IMG/VR virus record: IMGVR_UViG_3300020256_000017
Direction: 5' to 3' (one strand)
DNA from: an uncultured virus (IMG/VR IMGVR_UViG_3300020256_000017)
Lineage: Duplodnaviria; Heunggongvirae; Uroviricota; Caudoviricetes
DNA length: 43,346 nucleotides
Both the position numbers and the translations under genes were made by a program. The notes under the pieces are model-generated. The model was not told the DNA's origin. It did not search any database and saw only the letters and a list, made by a program, of their open reading frames with translations. Shown one piece after another: positions 1 to 9,300 of the stretch (position 1 is its first letter; every line of letters begins with the position of its first letter).

Positions 1-523
1 CTTCTGTGAGAAGCACCCATAAGACAGGGGCGTATTCTTCGCCACTATCGTCGGTTGGGTACGTCAAAGGTGTGACTTCATTTGGCTTAAACGAAGCGAC
101 TGTCTTTTCATCGAAATATTCATGCAGGTCACTGATATCTACCATTGAGGGTGACAGTGAAATGTCTCGGCCTGAGGTGAACGTATCGCCTTCCACGGAC
201 TTTTTCGCCTCTGCTAAAAAAGCATCATTGGCTTCTTTACGGTCGGTAAACCATTGAGAGCGGTAGTCTGTGCCGAACACACCGAAGATACGTACACGTC
301 CAATTTTCTGACGGTGCTCTTTGAGCATATCGATATAGGTGATAGCGCGCGAGAGCTGTGAGTTAGGAAAAAAAGAAAATACGGCATCAAATCCCTGCCT
401 TTCTTTAATGAGATTCATGATCAAACGAACGCCGTCTCTCTCTTCGTCATTCAGATTTTCTGCATCAGGGTGAGTCGAGTTGAATTGCTGAATAATAAGC
501 GATGTGATGGTGCCGTATTGCAT
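1..523 (-). CDS. Hypothetical protein, 3'-truncated by the window edge (MQYGTITSLIIQQFNSTHPDAENL...)
   Basis: Not in the ORF track. Manual translation from ATG at 523 stays open for 174 codons to the window edge. Preceded by SD GAGGA, GTCAACAC and a GATAAT -10 box. Confidence 0.75.
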   Translation of the reverse strand, partial: MQYGTITSLIIQQFNSTHPDAENLNDEERDGVRLIMNLIKERQGFDAVFSFFPNSQLSRAITYIDMLKEHRQKIGRVRIFGVFGTDYRSQWFTDRKEANDAFLAEAKKSVEGDTFTSGRDISLSPSMVDISDLHEYFDEKTVASFKPNEVTPLTYPTDDSGEEYAPVLWVLLTE

Positions 524-526
524 GTT

Positions 527-565
527 AAATCCTCATTGTGTTGACGTATAAATTATCTCAAAAAA
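527..565 (-). promoter_or_regulatory. Promoter/leader with GTCAACAC motif (538-545)
   Basis: Minus strand reads GATAAT-ttatac-GTCAACAC-aat-GAGGA-tttaac-ATG. Confidence 0.65.
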
Positions 566-566
566 A

Positions 567-1325
567 TCATTTTAAGTCAACATTTATAGCACTCTCAAGC
601 ATAACGTCAATGAGTCCGTTGTAGTCTACATTTCCCTTTATAACGGGAAGTGTCAGCGTGAATGATTTTAACGTCTCAACATTTATTCGCTCGGGCATGG
701 CGTAACCTAGCTCAACAGACAGCGTGCGAAATGCAAGCACTTCGTTCGCTAGTTGCTCGCGTTGAACTTCATTAAAGCGCATAACATTCGACAGCATTGT
801 TATCGCAACAATATCGGCGATGCTCTCTTGCGTTGAATCAGGTGTTTTACTGTACGTTAGGAGCGGTGAAAGGTGTGTGAGTTCATGAAGATAGGCGAAT
901 AGCTGATGATGCTGAAGCAGCAATGGAAATTTTTTGGTCAAGTCTCGGTACGTTGTAAACGCGGATGATTTTGTGTCTACCAGTACAATACCGTGATAAC
1001 GATTGCGTTTAGGGTAGTATAAAAGCCATGCTTGAGGCTGGCTGTTACGAGAGGTGACAATTTTGTCAACAAAAACCTCGTGGACATGAGCGTCGTTGAA
1101 GAGCTTGGTTTTAGTTATCGCAAAAAAATCTTCTGCTTGACGATATAAGTAGAAACAGGCATCTGGCACAAAGGGGTTACGGTACCATCCTTTTTGGGGT
1201 GCTGTATTGGTAAGGGGGGATGCAGTGCAACGTTCTGGCGTTGTCTCTTCGTTTACATTCACTGGCGTGGTTGTGCAACCCACTACAACAAGTGAAGAAA
1301 ACAGGCATAGTAAGAGGCGCAACAT
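567..1325 (-). CDS. Putative lipoprotein with HExxH zinc-metallopeptidase-like motif
   Basis: Hydrophobic N-terminus ending VVGC (lipobox-like); motif YLHELTHL followed by ESIAD. Confidence 0.55.
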   Translation of the reverse strand: MLRLLLCLFSSLVVVGCTTTPVNVNEETTPERCTASPLTNTAPQKGWYRNPFVPDACFYLYRQAEDFFAITKTKLFNDAHVHEVFVDKIVTSRNSQPQAWLLYYPKRNRYHGIVLVDTKSSAFTTYRDLTKKFPLLLQHHQLFAYLHELTHLSPLLTYSKTPDSTQESIADIVAITMLSNVMRFNEVQREQLANEVLAFRTLSVELGYAMPERINVETLKSFTLTLPVIKGNVDYNGLIDVMLESAINVDLK

Positions 1326-1327
1326 CG

Positions 1328-1636
1328 CTACGGGCCTAACCAGTAGCGAGAATAGGTATCAAGGAAAGCGTTCGCTATATTTTGCTGGTGGCGATGTTTT
1401 TGACTGTAGCGCTTGCGCAATGTTCGAGAGGTTGATGGCGTGATACGCTTCAGTGTTTTTTGAGATGCTTTTCGCCAATGAGAGATTACCGCGCTTGCTA
1501 TCCGTCTTTTTGCATGATGCGATAGCTCACTAGGAAACGCAATGTGTCCTAGCTGAGGTGTTGTGCGAAGCGCCATTTCAGTGCCATCATCGCAAGTGAC
1601 ACTTATTTTCCGTTCAGATATTTCGTTGATAATCAT
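1328..1636 (-). CDS. Hypothetical basic protein
   Basis: Part of a tightly coupled minus-strand operon (2579 to 567) with overlapping starts and stops. Confidence 0.55.
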   Translation of the reverse strand: MIINEISERKISVTCDDGTEMALRTTPQLGHIAFPSELSHHAKRRIASAVISHWRKASQKTLKRITPSTSRTLRKRYSQKHRHQQNIANAFLDTYSRYWLGP

Positions 1637-1980
1637 AAGTTAACCGAATTGGTTATATTGTTTGCAAAAGTGTTGTTTTTATTGAGCCAAGCATGTCGAT
1701 TAGCCTTCATGATACGAAGGTTAAGTTGAAGTAACGTGCGGTGGTGACACTTAGGAACAGTGCTGCGCGACGCCCTTAAGTGAGACAAGATGCGTGTTAA
1801 TGCTACCCTTTGCTTCTCTTGTGTCAAGGGGATGCTTGTGTAGAGCACCCCTGTTGATGTATTGATGTCAAAGTCGCACTTTTCATGGTGAAAAGACAGC
1901 GTTTGTGGTAACAAAAAAGCGTTACCTCCCTCTATGAAATGCCCAACAGGGTTACAGGCTTTCACTGAGTTCCAGCTCAC
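1633..1980 (-). CDS. Hypothetical protein
   Basis: Overlaps both neighbours in the same operon. Confidence 0.5.
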   Translation of the reverse strand: MSWNSVKACNPVGHFIEGGNAFLLPQTLSFHHEKCDFDINTSTGVLYTSIPLTQEKQRVALTRILSHLRASRSTVPKCHHRTLLQLNLRIMKANRHAWLNKNNTFANNITNSVNL

Positions 1981-2227
1981 TATTGTTATGTAAATAGAGT
2001 TTGTGTTTTAACGGAAAGCCTACGCTGTCCGCATCAATGAAATCAATCCGAACACACCCTTCAGTTTCGATTTCAACGCTATCTACAGTCACATAGCTAT
2101 CCTTAAAGGCATTATTGTCGCCCTTGGGGTCGGCATAAGCGTCATTTTCCAAATCCAGCATCATGCCTGATTTAACTTGTTCTGCAAAAATGGTGGTAAG
2201 GGGATCCTGACTCGGCATATTAAACAC
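1952..2227 (-). CDS. Small acidic hypothetical protein
   Basis: Coupled to the upstream ORF; D/E-rich. Confidence 0.65.
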   Translation of the reverse strand: MFNMPSQDPLTTIFAEQVKSGMMLDLENDAYADPKGDNNAFKDSYVTVDSVEIETEGCVRIDFIDADSVGFPLKHKLYLHNNSELELSESL

Positions 2228-2579
2228 GCTCGCTTATGTCATCATCATCAAAAAGAGGCGCGTCAAATGCCCATGAGGTATTGTCGCATGAGTCTACTTC
2301 AAGATTGACAATAACCACGTCTTCCTCTCGTAACCGTCGACCTAAATCGCTGTTTTCGGAAATGTCTTGAAGAGCTAGGTCGCCAATATTGAAGTCTTGG
2401 CAATTGGCTGACCAAACCTGCATGCCAATATCCGTTTCACTGATCCAGCGAGATACAGCCCGTGTAATACCCGCCTTTAGGCTTTCAGCATCACAAACGT
2501 GTCCTTGTGGTTCAAATTCAATTTTGGCATAGGTGCTTTCGCTCATTGAGTTTCGAGACACGACAACAGATAATGACAT
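2220..2579 (-). CDS. Small acidic hypothetical protein
   Basis: Strong SD (GAGAGGA); first gene after the promoter at 2590-2640; D/E-rich. Confidence 0.75.
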   Translation of the reverse strand: MSLSVVVSRNSMSESTYAKIEFEPQGHVCDAESLKAGITRAVSRWISETDIGMQVWSANCQDFNIGDLALQDISENSDLGRRLREEDVVIVNLEVDSCDNTSWAFDAPLFDDDDISERV

Positions 2580-2589
2580 AGTTTCCTCT

Positions 2590-2640
2590 CTTTGTTTAAC
2601 AATAGCATAATCTCAAATGTTGACCTCAAAGTCAACATTT
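2590..2640 (-). promoter_or_regulatory. Sigma70-like promoter overlapped by perfect inverted repeat AAATGTTGAC-N6-GTCAACATTT (2615-2640)
   Basis: Minus strand TTGACT-N17-GATTAT; the 10-bp inverted repeat covers the -35 box. Confidence 0.65.
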
Positions 2641-2735
2641 TTTCATGAGATTAATGCAGGGTTTCAGAATGATGGCGCTGCTGAAAAATGATACGCTTAA
2701 GATAAAAAACCATTTAAAACAGCAGCTTACGTTTT

Positions 2736-4577
2736 CTAAAAAGGTGTATCATCGTCATAATCAAAATCTATCTCGTTCCCTTGTAGACCTCGCTGTGAAG
2801 CGTAAGTGTTTTTTAGGAACCACTCTTTCTCGTGCCCATTGTCGCTGAAGAATTCAGGAAGTAGCTTTTTAATCTCTTGTGGCATGGGGCGGTTGTTGAC
2901 GCCTTTGCATTGGTTTTTGGTAAAACCAAATTCGCCGTCGCGTGTGACTACACGGTATTCCACGGTGTATTTTTTCTCTTCAGGTGTTACTACATCAAGA
3001 ATAATACACTGCCTTGATTTTACCTGATGAAAATAACCACCAACACAATGCTTTTGTGCATAACCTTGCTCAAGCATTTCTAGCTCTGAGGTCAACTCTG
3101 TCACTTTTATTTTGCCTGTTGCGTTAAGAGCATTGACTAGCTTTTCTCCAATGGGCGTCACGCGTTCGTTCTCCATCCTAGAGAAAATGGCGTCAAGAAT
3201 TGGCATTAACGCTGCTTTATACTGTCTGTTGGACAGCGCGGGAAGTAAGGTCGTGTTATCTTCATACATCCCTATCACTAAATGAAGTCGCTTTTTCTCT
3301 AACCAGTTTAGGTTTTTCCCAAACAAGATAGCATCATCTAGAGATGTCAGGTGCTTTTCATTTTTACTGAACGCTAAAGGGTGTTTCTCTGCCATTTTTA
3401 GCGCGCGGTTAATGCATGTTGATTGAGACTTGAATACACGAGGGTTATGGTGTCTTAAGGCGCAAATAAAGATCATCAGTAGCGCATCACGACGCTCGCC
3501 CCTTTCGCATGCTTCTGCATAAAGCGCTTCTTCTTCTTCACTCTGAGGGCGACTCAACCAATCCCGTTTCATCGCGTCGCGCGCGGTCGCTTCTTCTATT
3601 AACCACTTCACGGCGCTATCATCACCTTTATTGGCGACACGATCCCATAGATAAGGAAAAATCGCGGCGGCAACACTAAAGTCGGGTGCCCCTAAAAAGG
3701 AAATGACTGACATGTAAGCGTCCACCACGCCATCGTGACAGGCTTTTGGTGAAAGCTGCATTAGCGTCATGAACGCTTCCTCTTCCTCTTCCATCGGAAT
3801 TTGAATGGTTACATCACGGAAAGTGAAGTGCTCGCATACCAGAGGCTCATTAGCTGCTTTTTCCGCGTTATTTTCTGCCATTAGCATGCCGCGCGTGTAA
3901 TTGAGCGAATAATGTCGCTCTTCGGCTTCTGCGATGGCGAGCATGGTTTGCAAACGAAGCATGGCGGTGCTGTTGACGCGAGCGTTCAATGCTCGTGACT
4001 TTCTTGCAATGCGAAGCGCGGTGTGTGCTGGTGTGTGATAGGTGGTGATATCAAGTACCCAGTGTTTAATGAAGTCTCGAAAGGCATCTGATACCGTAAG
4101 CGTCATAGACTCAAGATCAATCGCTGCTTCACATGCGTTGATGTCGAAACCGCCAATGATATCCTGAGCGCCAATTTGGGAGTGATTAAAATTGTCGACA
4201 ACAACAATATTGACGTTGCCTAAATAGCATGAGCCAATGATGTAATAATGACCTTTTTTGAAAACGGGTGAAGAAAAACCCGTCTCTCGATAACCGTGTG
4301 TGAGTGTAACAAGGTCATTGTCTGCGCGAAGTTTGGGGTTCCAAGACTCACCCATGAGCTTAGCGATATCGCTTGATTTGGGGAGAAATACGTCAATGTC
4401 GTTGAAAACGCCATCATGGAGACCTAGAAGATAAAAGATGGCACTGGCAACCGCTTGGCCTGCGGCAATGCCTGATGATGGTATGTCACCTAAACGATCT
4501 TTGATTACACGGATAACCTCGACTGGAAGTTGAGGATCATCGATAGAGCTAAAAGAAGCTAATGGTGTGTTATGCAT
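2736..4577 (-). CDS. Nucleotidyltransferase-like (CCA/poly(A)-polymerase head) N-terminus fused to a C-terminal PcfJ-like domain
   Basis: N-terminal AGQAVAS...NDIDVF, FDINAC and TALR motifs; C-terminal EQGYAQKHCVGGY...YTVE...QCKGVNN is PcfJ-like. Start moved to ATG 4577, downstream of the promoter. Confidence 0.6.
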   Translation of the reverse strand: MHNTPLASFSSIDDPQLPVEVIRVIKDRLGDIPSSGIAAGQAVASAIFYLLGLHDGVFNDIDVFLPKSSDIAKLMGESWNPKLRADNDLVTLTHGYRETGFSSPVFKKGHYYIIGSCYLGNVNIVVVDNFNHSQIGAQDIIGGFDINACEAAIDLESMTLTVSDAFRDFIKHWVLDITTYHTPAHTALRIARKSRALNARVNSTAMLRLQTMLAIAEAEERHYSLNYTRGMLMAENNAEKAANEPLVCEHFTFRDVTIQIPMEEEEEAFMTLMQLSPKACHDGVVDAYMSVISFLGAPDFSVAAAIFPYLWDRVANKGDDSAVKWLIEEATARDAMKRDWLSRPQSEEEEALYAEACERGERRDALLMIFICALRHHNPRVFKSQSTCINRALKMAEKHPLAFSKNEKHLTSLDDAILFGKNLNWLEKKRLHLVIGMYEDNTTLLPALSNRQYKAALMPILDAIFSRMENERVTPIGEKLVNALNATGKIKVTELTSELEMLEQGYAQKHCVGGYFHQVKSRQCIILDVVTPEEKKYTVEYRVVTRDGEFGFTKNQCKGVNNRPMPQEIKKLLPEFFSDNGHEKEWFLKNTYASQRGLQGNEIDFDYDDDTPF

Positions 4578-4584
4578 TGTGGTT

Positions 4585-4640
4585 TTACCCTGTTGTGTTG
4601 ACATGGTTATTATCTCAAAACAGGGGTGAGAAATCAATAA
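4585..4640 (-). promoter_or_regulatory. Promoter/leader with GTCAACAC motif (4595-4602)
   Basis: TTGATT-N17-GATAAT-N6-GTCAACAC-aacAGGG. Confidence 0.65.
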
Positions 4641-4667
4641 AAAAGGCGCGAGGCGCGCCTTTTTTTT
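4639..4667. terminator. Bidirectional intrinsic terminator
   Basis: A-run, GGCGCG-agg-CGCGCC, T-run. Confidence 0.8.
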
Positions 4668-4686
4668 GTGTTGGATTAACTAAATA

Positions 4687-5727
4687 TTAGCGAAGTCCAA
4701 AGGGGTTAACTGGTTTTACAGGGCCCGGGCCGTAGAACTTGTGGTTGCCTTCTTTGGCAGGTTTTTGGGTTACCTTGCCAACAGGGCGCAAGCTGCTAAC
4801 ACCTGCTTCAGCGGTCTTGTAGATGGGCTGTACAGGGCCCGGACCGAAGCGCTTATGATTGCCTTCTTTAGCAGGTTTTTGGGTTACCTTGCCAACAGGA
4901 CGAAGTTTACTAATGCCTGCTTCAGCGGTCTTGTAGATAGGTTGTACAGGACCTGGGCCGTAAAACTTGTGGTTGCCTTCTTTAGCAGGTTTTTGGGTTA
5001 CCTTGCCAACAGGACGAAGTTTACTAATGCCTGCTTCAGCGGTCTTGTAGATAGGCTGTACAGGGCCCGGGCCGTAGAACTTGTGGTTGCCTTCTTTGGC
5101 AGGTTTTTGGGTTACCTTGCCAATAGGACGAATCGATCCAGTCGCTTCAACGTCAACCAGCGTTGGGCCGGGGCCGTAATATTTATGGTCGCCATCTTCA
5201 GGCTCACCTTGCTCAACGTCGCCGTCTGAAGACAGTGGGGCATCGGTGGTGATGATGTAAAGCAGCGCTTCTTCTGTATCGCCTAAAGGCGCACTGATTT
5301 CAGTCGGAGAGCTTAGTGTCAAAGAGAGCGTGTTGCTGGTATAACAGCCGTCTTCTAGGCGTAACGTTGCGCCATATTCATCAGTGAAAGTAAGAGCCGA
5401 ACTGTCGTCGCCTTGCGTTGCAGAATATTCTTCAGCGTAGCTTTCAAACAGAGAGTTAGATAGTGTGGTACATCGTGCAGCGGCATTATAAGCACCGTCA
5501 AAATCAACAGACAAAGACACGCTGTAAGTGCTATTGTCGTCAGTTTTTTGAATGGCGGTGAGGTAAGTGACGTCTCCGATGTAACTTGTTGTTTCATTGA
5601 CTTCACTTAGTGTTGTGTTGCTTGGTACATCCGCAACATTATAACCCATTAGTGAGAGTTCAGCTGATGCTGCAAATGGCATCGCGCAAGCTAGGGCAAC
5701 AGATGCAAATAGAGATGTTTTCTTCAT
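4687..5727 (-). CDS. Secreted protein with C-terminal 38-aa tandem repeats
   Basis: Signal peptide MKKTSLF...AASA; repeat unit RPVGKVTQKPAKEGNHKFYGPGPVQPIYKTAEAGISKL. Confidence 0.85.
   Translation of the reverse strand: MKKTSLFASVALACAMPFAASAELSLMGYNVADVPSNTTLSEVNETTSYIGDVTYLTAIQKTDDNSTYSVSLSVDFDGAYNAAARCTTLSNSLFESYAEEYSATQGDDSSALTFTDEYGATLRLEDGCYTSNTLSLTLSSPTEISAPLGDTEEALLYIITTDAPLSSDGDVEQGEPEDGDHKYYGPGPTLVDVEATGSIRPIGKVTQKPAKEGNHKFYGPGPVQPIYKTAEAGISKLRPVGKVTQKPAKEGNHKFYGPGPVQPIYKTAEAGISKLRPVGKVTQKPAKEGNHKRFGPGPVQPIYKTAEAGVSSLRPVGKVTQKPAKEGNHKFYGPGPVKPVNPFGLR
4715..5131. repeat. 114-bp coding tandem repeat, about 3.7 copies
   Basis: Equivalent positions at 4741, 4855, 4969 and 5083. Confidence 0.9.
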
Positions 5728-5956
5728 AATGTATATCCTGTGGTGGTTGATGTGAATAATATATTCATGTTTAACAAGCGTTATTGGCTTGCTGTTTGTT
5801 TGACGGTTTAAATAATACCAGAACTGAACACAAAGTCAACAGTAAAATTTAGATAACACATAAAATTAAACAAAAATGCAACAAGTGTGATTGAAGTGGT
5901 TAAGTTGAGGTTAACGTTAGAGAGGGCAAGAAATTAGATTGGTATTGATTTGGATA

Positions 5957-6105
5957 GTAAAAGGCCGGCTTTCGCCGGCCAGTTCACCACCACTAGTGAG
6001 AGGGTGCCACCCCATTTTTTTAGCGTGAATAGCGTCAACACATCACAGAGGTCGGGGTGGCGGAGCTGTGGCAGGCACTGTTGCACCTGCTCATAAAATC
6101 TATGC
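5957..6105 (-). ncRNA. Candidate small RNA 1 with an antisense loop to GUCAACAC leaders
   Basis: TTGACA at 6134-6139; 5' hairpin 6071-6090; stem GCCACCCC/GGGGUGGC enclosing CCUCUGUGAUGUGUUGACGCUAU; ends in a minus-strand terminator at 5959-5980 that serves no annotated gene. Confidence 0.55.
5959..5980 (-). terminator. Intrinsic terminator
   Basis: GGCCGGC-GAAA-GCCGGCC-TTTT on the minus strand. Confidence 0.75.
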
Positions 6106-6324
6106 TTAGAAGATTCTCACACTTCGCTTTAGGTGTCAAGATTTTTTACAGCAATTTGTTATATGGGTGAATTAGCGACAAAAAGGTATAAATATTTAAA
6201 AAAAACACATTTATCCCGTCGTTTTTTCAGAAAAGTGATACCTTACTGTGGATAAAAAGAGACACACTTTGAACTGTTTGCTTATGTTGCGCTGCTGCGG
6301 CGAATAAACAAGAGAGAGAAAATT

Positions 6325-9300
6325 ATGAAAAGTCAATTCACGGTCAGGAAAAAGAATACGGCGATTATGTTACTTTCCGCCCTTACGGGGGGGCTGGCAT
6401 TATCAGCAGATGCCTTTGCTCAAGAAGCGAGTAATGACAAACCTATTTATCGCTTCAAAATGAACATAGAAAACAAAGTGAACGTTCCTGAGTGGATTGT
6501 CATCAATTACAACTACACACCTTGGGTGAATTCAGGTGGGTTTAGCTCTTGTTCGGGTTGGCAACCTGATCCAAACACAAAGGATTGGGGTGAATCTTTT
6601 CAACAGTCGCGTGTGTGCCAGCAGCCACAAGTAAGAAATGCGACACCTATTCTCTTCAACCCTGTTTCACAACGCACAAAATTAGGTGACACTTTCGAAG
6701 ATACCCGTTCCATCTCTGTTGGCGATTATCAAAATAATATTGGTACGCGTGACTTCATTGATGGTGAGCGTGCAGATGCATGGCCTGAGTGGTCTAATAG
6801 CGGTGCCCCTTACGACTGCTCTGTGTGGGATCCATCGACATCAGACGTAAGACTTTATGAACCCTTCACGCAAGCGCGCGATTGCTCGCAAGATCAGACT
6901 CGAAGCAGAAACGTTTACAATGTATGGGCATCGGGTGCTGAGACACCAAAGCGCATTGACAGTGAGGAACAAACCATAACGGTTGAGCAAACGCGACCAG
7001 AGATTGGGCAGCGTGATGAGATTGACGGAATTCGTCCAGACACGCCATCTCCATGGGTAGATGTAACCGGAAATTATGACTGTGCCGTTTGGTCTCCGTC
7101 TGTCGGCGGGCAATTGGCTGATTTTGGTCAGGAGAGAGATTGTTCGCGCGATCAGGAGAGAACACAGGACTTCTTCGATGTATGGGTGTCAGGTAAAGAA
7201 ACGCTCAACCGAACTGAAACCCATGAGCAAACAGTGACGCGTACGGAAAACAGAACGGTAGGCGTGACATTTACACCATGGACTAACGAGGGTGATGTAG
7301 TTAGTTGTAGTGTGTGGGGAACAGAGCCTCAGGGAAGAGTTGCCAGTTATGACCAGACACGAAGCTGTGAACAGCCTCAAACGCGAGATCGTATTTACAC
7401 CGCGGGTGGAGAGACATTAAGCACGGTTAAAGAAAGTAAAAATATTGATGTAACGCAGACGCGTAAAAACGTCATGGAAGGTGTCGTAGCTGATAGTTGG
7501 TCTTCATGGACTGACACTGCGGCCACTGTGTGTGGCGCATGGGGCGCTGCGCCTGATGCGCAAACCAGCGCATTTACACAAACGCGCGACTGCGGCACGG
7601 CTCAAGAGCGAAAGCGTGACACTTTCTATACGTGGACGCACAGTGACAATACGTTTAAAGCTGAAGAAACGGAAACGCGAACCGATCCGACAACGGAATC
7701 GCGTACAGTAACCGTAGACTGGACATCGTGGACAAACAAGAACGGTGTGCAAAATTGTTCTGCATGGTCGCCAGAGCCTGGCAGCAATACCTCTGACTAC
7801 ACACAATCAAGAGAGTGCGATCAACTTCAAGTAAGAGAACGCATTTATGCTGCATCAGGCAGTGAGCTGAAACGCGTAGAAGAATCGCAAACGGTTCGCG
7901 TATCACAATCTCGTCTTAATAAGATGGATGGCCTTGTTTATGGCGCATGGTCACCTTTTGCTGACAGTGGTGCAGAAACCTGCGGCACATTCTCACCAGC
8001 AGTAGGCGCGCAAACAGCCAACTTTAGCCAATCAAGAACATGCACCCGTCCACAAGAGCGAACCAGAGACGTCCACTACAGCTGGACTTACGGTGACAAC
8101 ACCTTTAAAGAAACGCAGACTGATACGGGTACGGCATCAAGAACGGATTCTCGTACGGTAACTGTTACACCATCGTCGTGGTCGCTAGTGGATAAAAATA
8201 CGTACAGCGGATGGACGCCAGCACCCGGTGCACGTACATCAAGCTACACGCAGTCGCGCACATTCAAGCAAGACGAGGTAAGAACATGGAGCTATGCTGA
8301 CGGTACAACAACGCTAAGCACTCGACAAGAAACGCGAACACTCGACAAGAGTGAAACACGTGCTAATACGATGAATGGCGTTAAAAATGATGCGTGGGGT
8401 GGCTGGACAAACACAGGGCCAATTAGCTGCGGCGCATGGGGGCCTGAGCCTGCTTCGCAAACAGCAAACTACCAGCAGTCAAGAGATTGTGGTACACCCC
8501 AGAAGCGCGAGCGTGACACTTATTACACGTGGGCGCACAGCTCAGATACGTTCAAAGAGACTGAAACTGAAACGCGAACTGACGGTTCAACGCAGTCACG
8601 TGCTGTTAATGTAAGCTATACTAACTGGGTAAATTATGGCTCAGTTGAAAGCTGTGACGCTTGGGGTGGTGAACCTGGCACTAAAACGGCTGATTACACG
8701 CAGTCAAGAGATTGTCAGCAGCCTCAAAAGCGTGAGCGTGTTTACAGTGTAGGCGGGACAGAGATTGCCTCTTTTGAAGAGACGAAACGTGTTCCTGTGA
8801 CGCAGACGCGAACTAATAAGATGGAAGGCATTGCTTACGGAAGCTGGTCTTCATGGAGCAATGACGGCGCATTAAATTGCGGCGGTTACTCACCTGCGCC
8901 AAGTACACAAACAGCGGACTTCACGCAAACACGAAGCTGCCAGCAGCCACAAAAGCGCACACGCGCAACGTATTATAAGTGGACATATAGCAGTAATACA
9001 TTTAGAAGTAACGAGACAGGTACGCAAAGCGTACCAAGCACACAATCTCGCACGGTTGATGTTGCAGCAGGCAACTGGTCAAATGTGCGTAACCATACGT
9101 ATTCAGCCTATACGCCAGAGCCTGGCACGCGCACGTCGAGCTATACGCAATCTCGCACGTATAAGACAGATCAGACTCGTACATGGACATACAAAGCGGG
9201 CGCTGAAACATTGAGTACGCGAAGTGAGTCTAGAACGATTGATCGGACGCAAAATCGCACCAACACCATGAATGGTCTGAAAGAAGGCTCATGGGGTGGA

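Noticed and set aside
6..257. 83-aa plus-strand ORF
   Set aside because: Opposite the longer minus-strand ORF (523 to the window edge), which has an SD and promoter.
4741..5229. 162-aa plus-strand repetitive hydrophobic ORF
   Set aside because: Antisense shadow of the 114-bp coding repeat; no SD or promoter.
5957..6105. Candidate RNAs as CsrB/RsmZ-type sponges or tRNAs
   Set aside because: Element 1 lacks repeated GGA hairpin loops; the few GGAs of element 2 are within stems; no tRNA cloverleaf or T-loop consensus.
6057..6170. 37-codon plus-strand GTG ORF (VAELWQALLHLLIKSMLRR...) after GTCAACAC-GAGG, suggesting a type I toxin opposite candidate sRNA 1
   Set aside because: The equivalent frame in element 2 is short and dissimilar, and plus-strand promoter and terminator signals are weak. 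Not fully excluded; ribosome profiling would decide.
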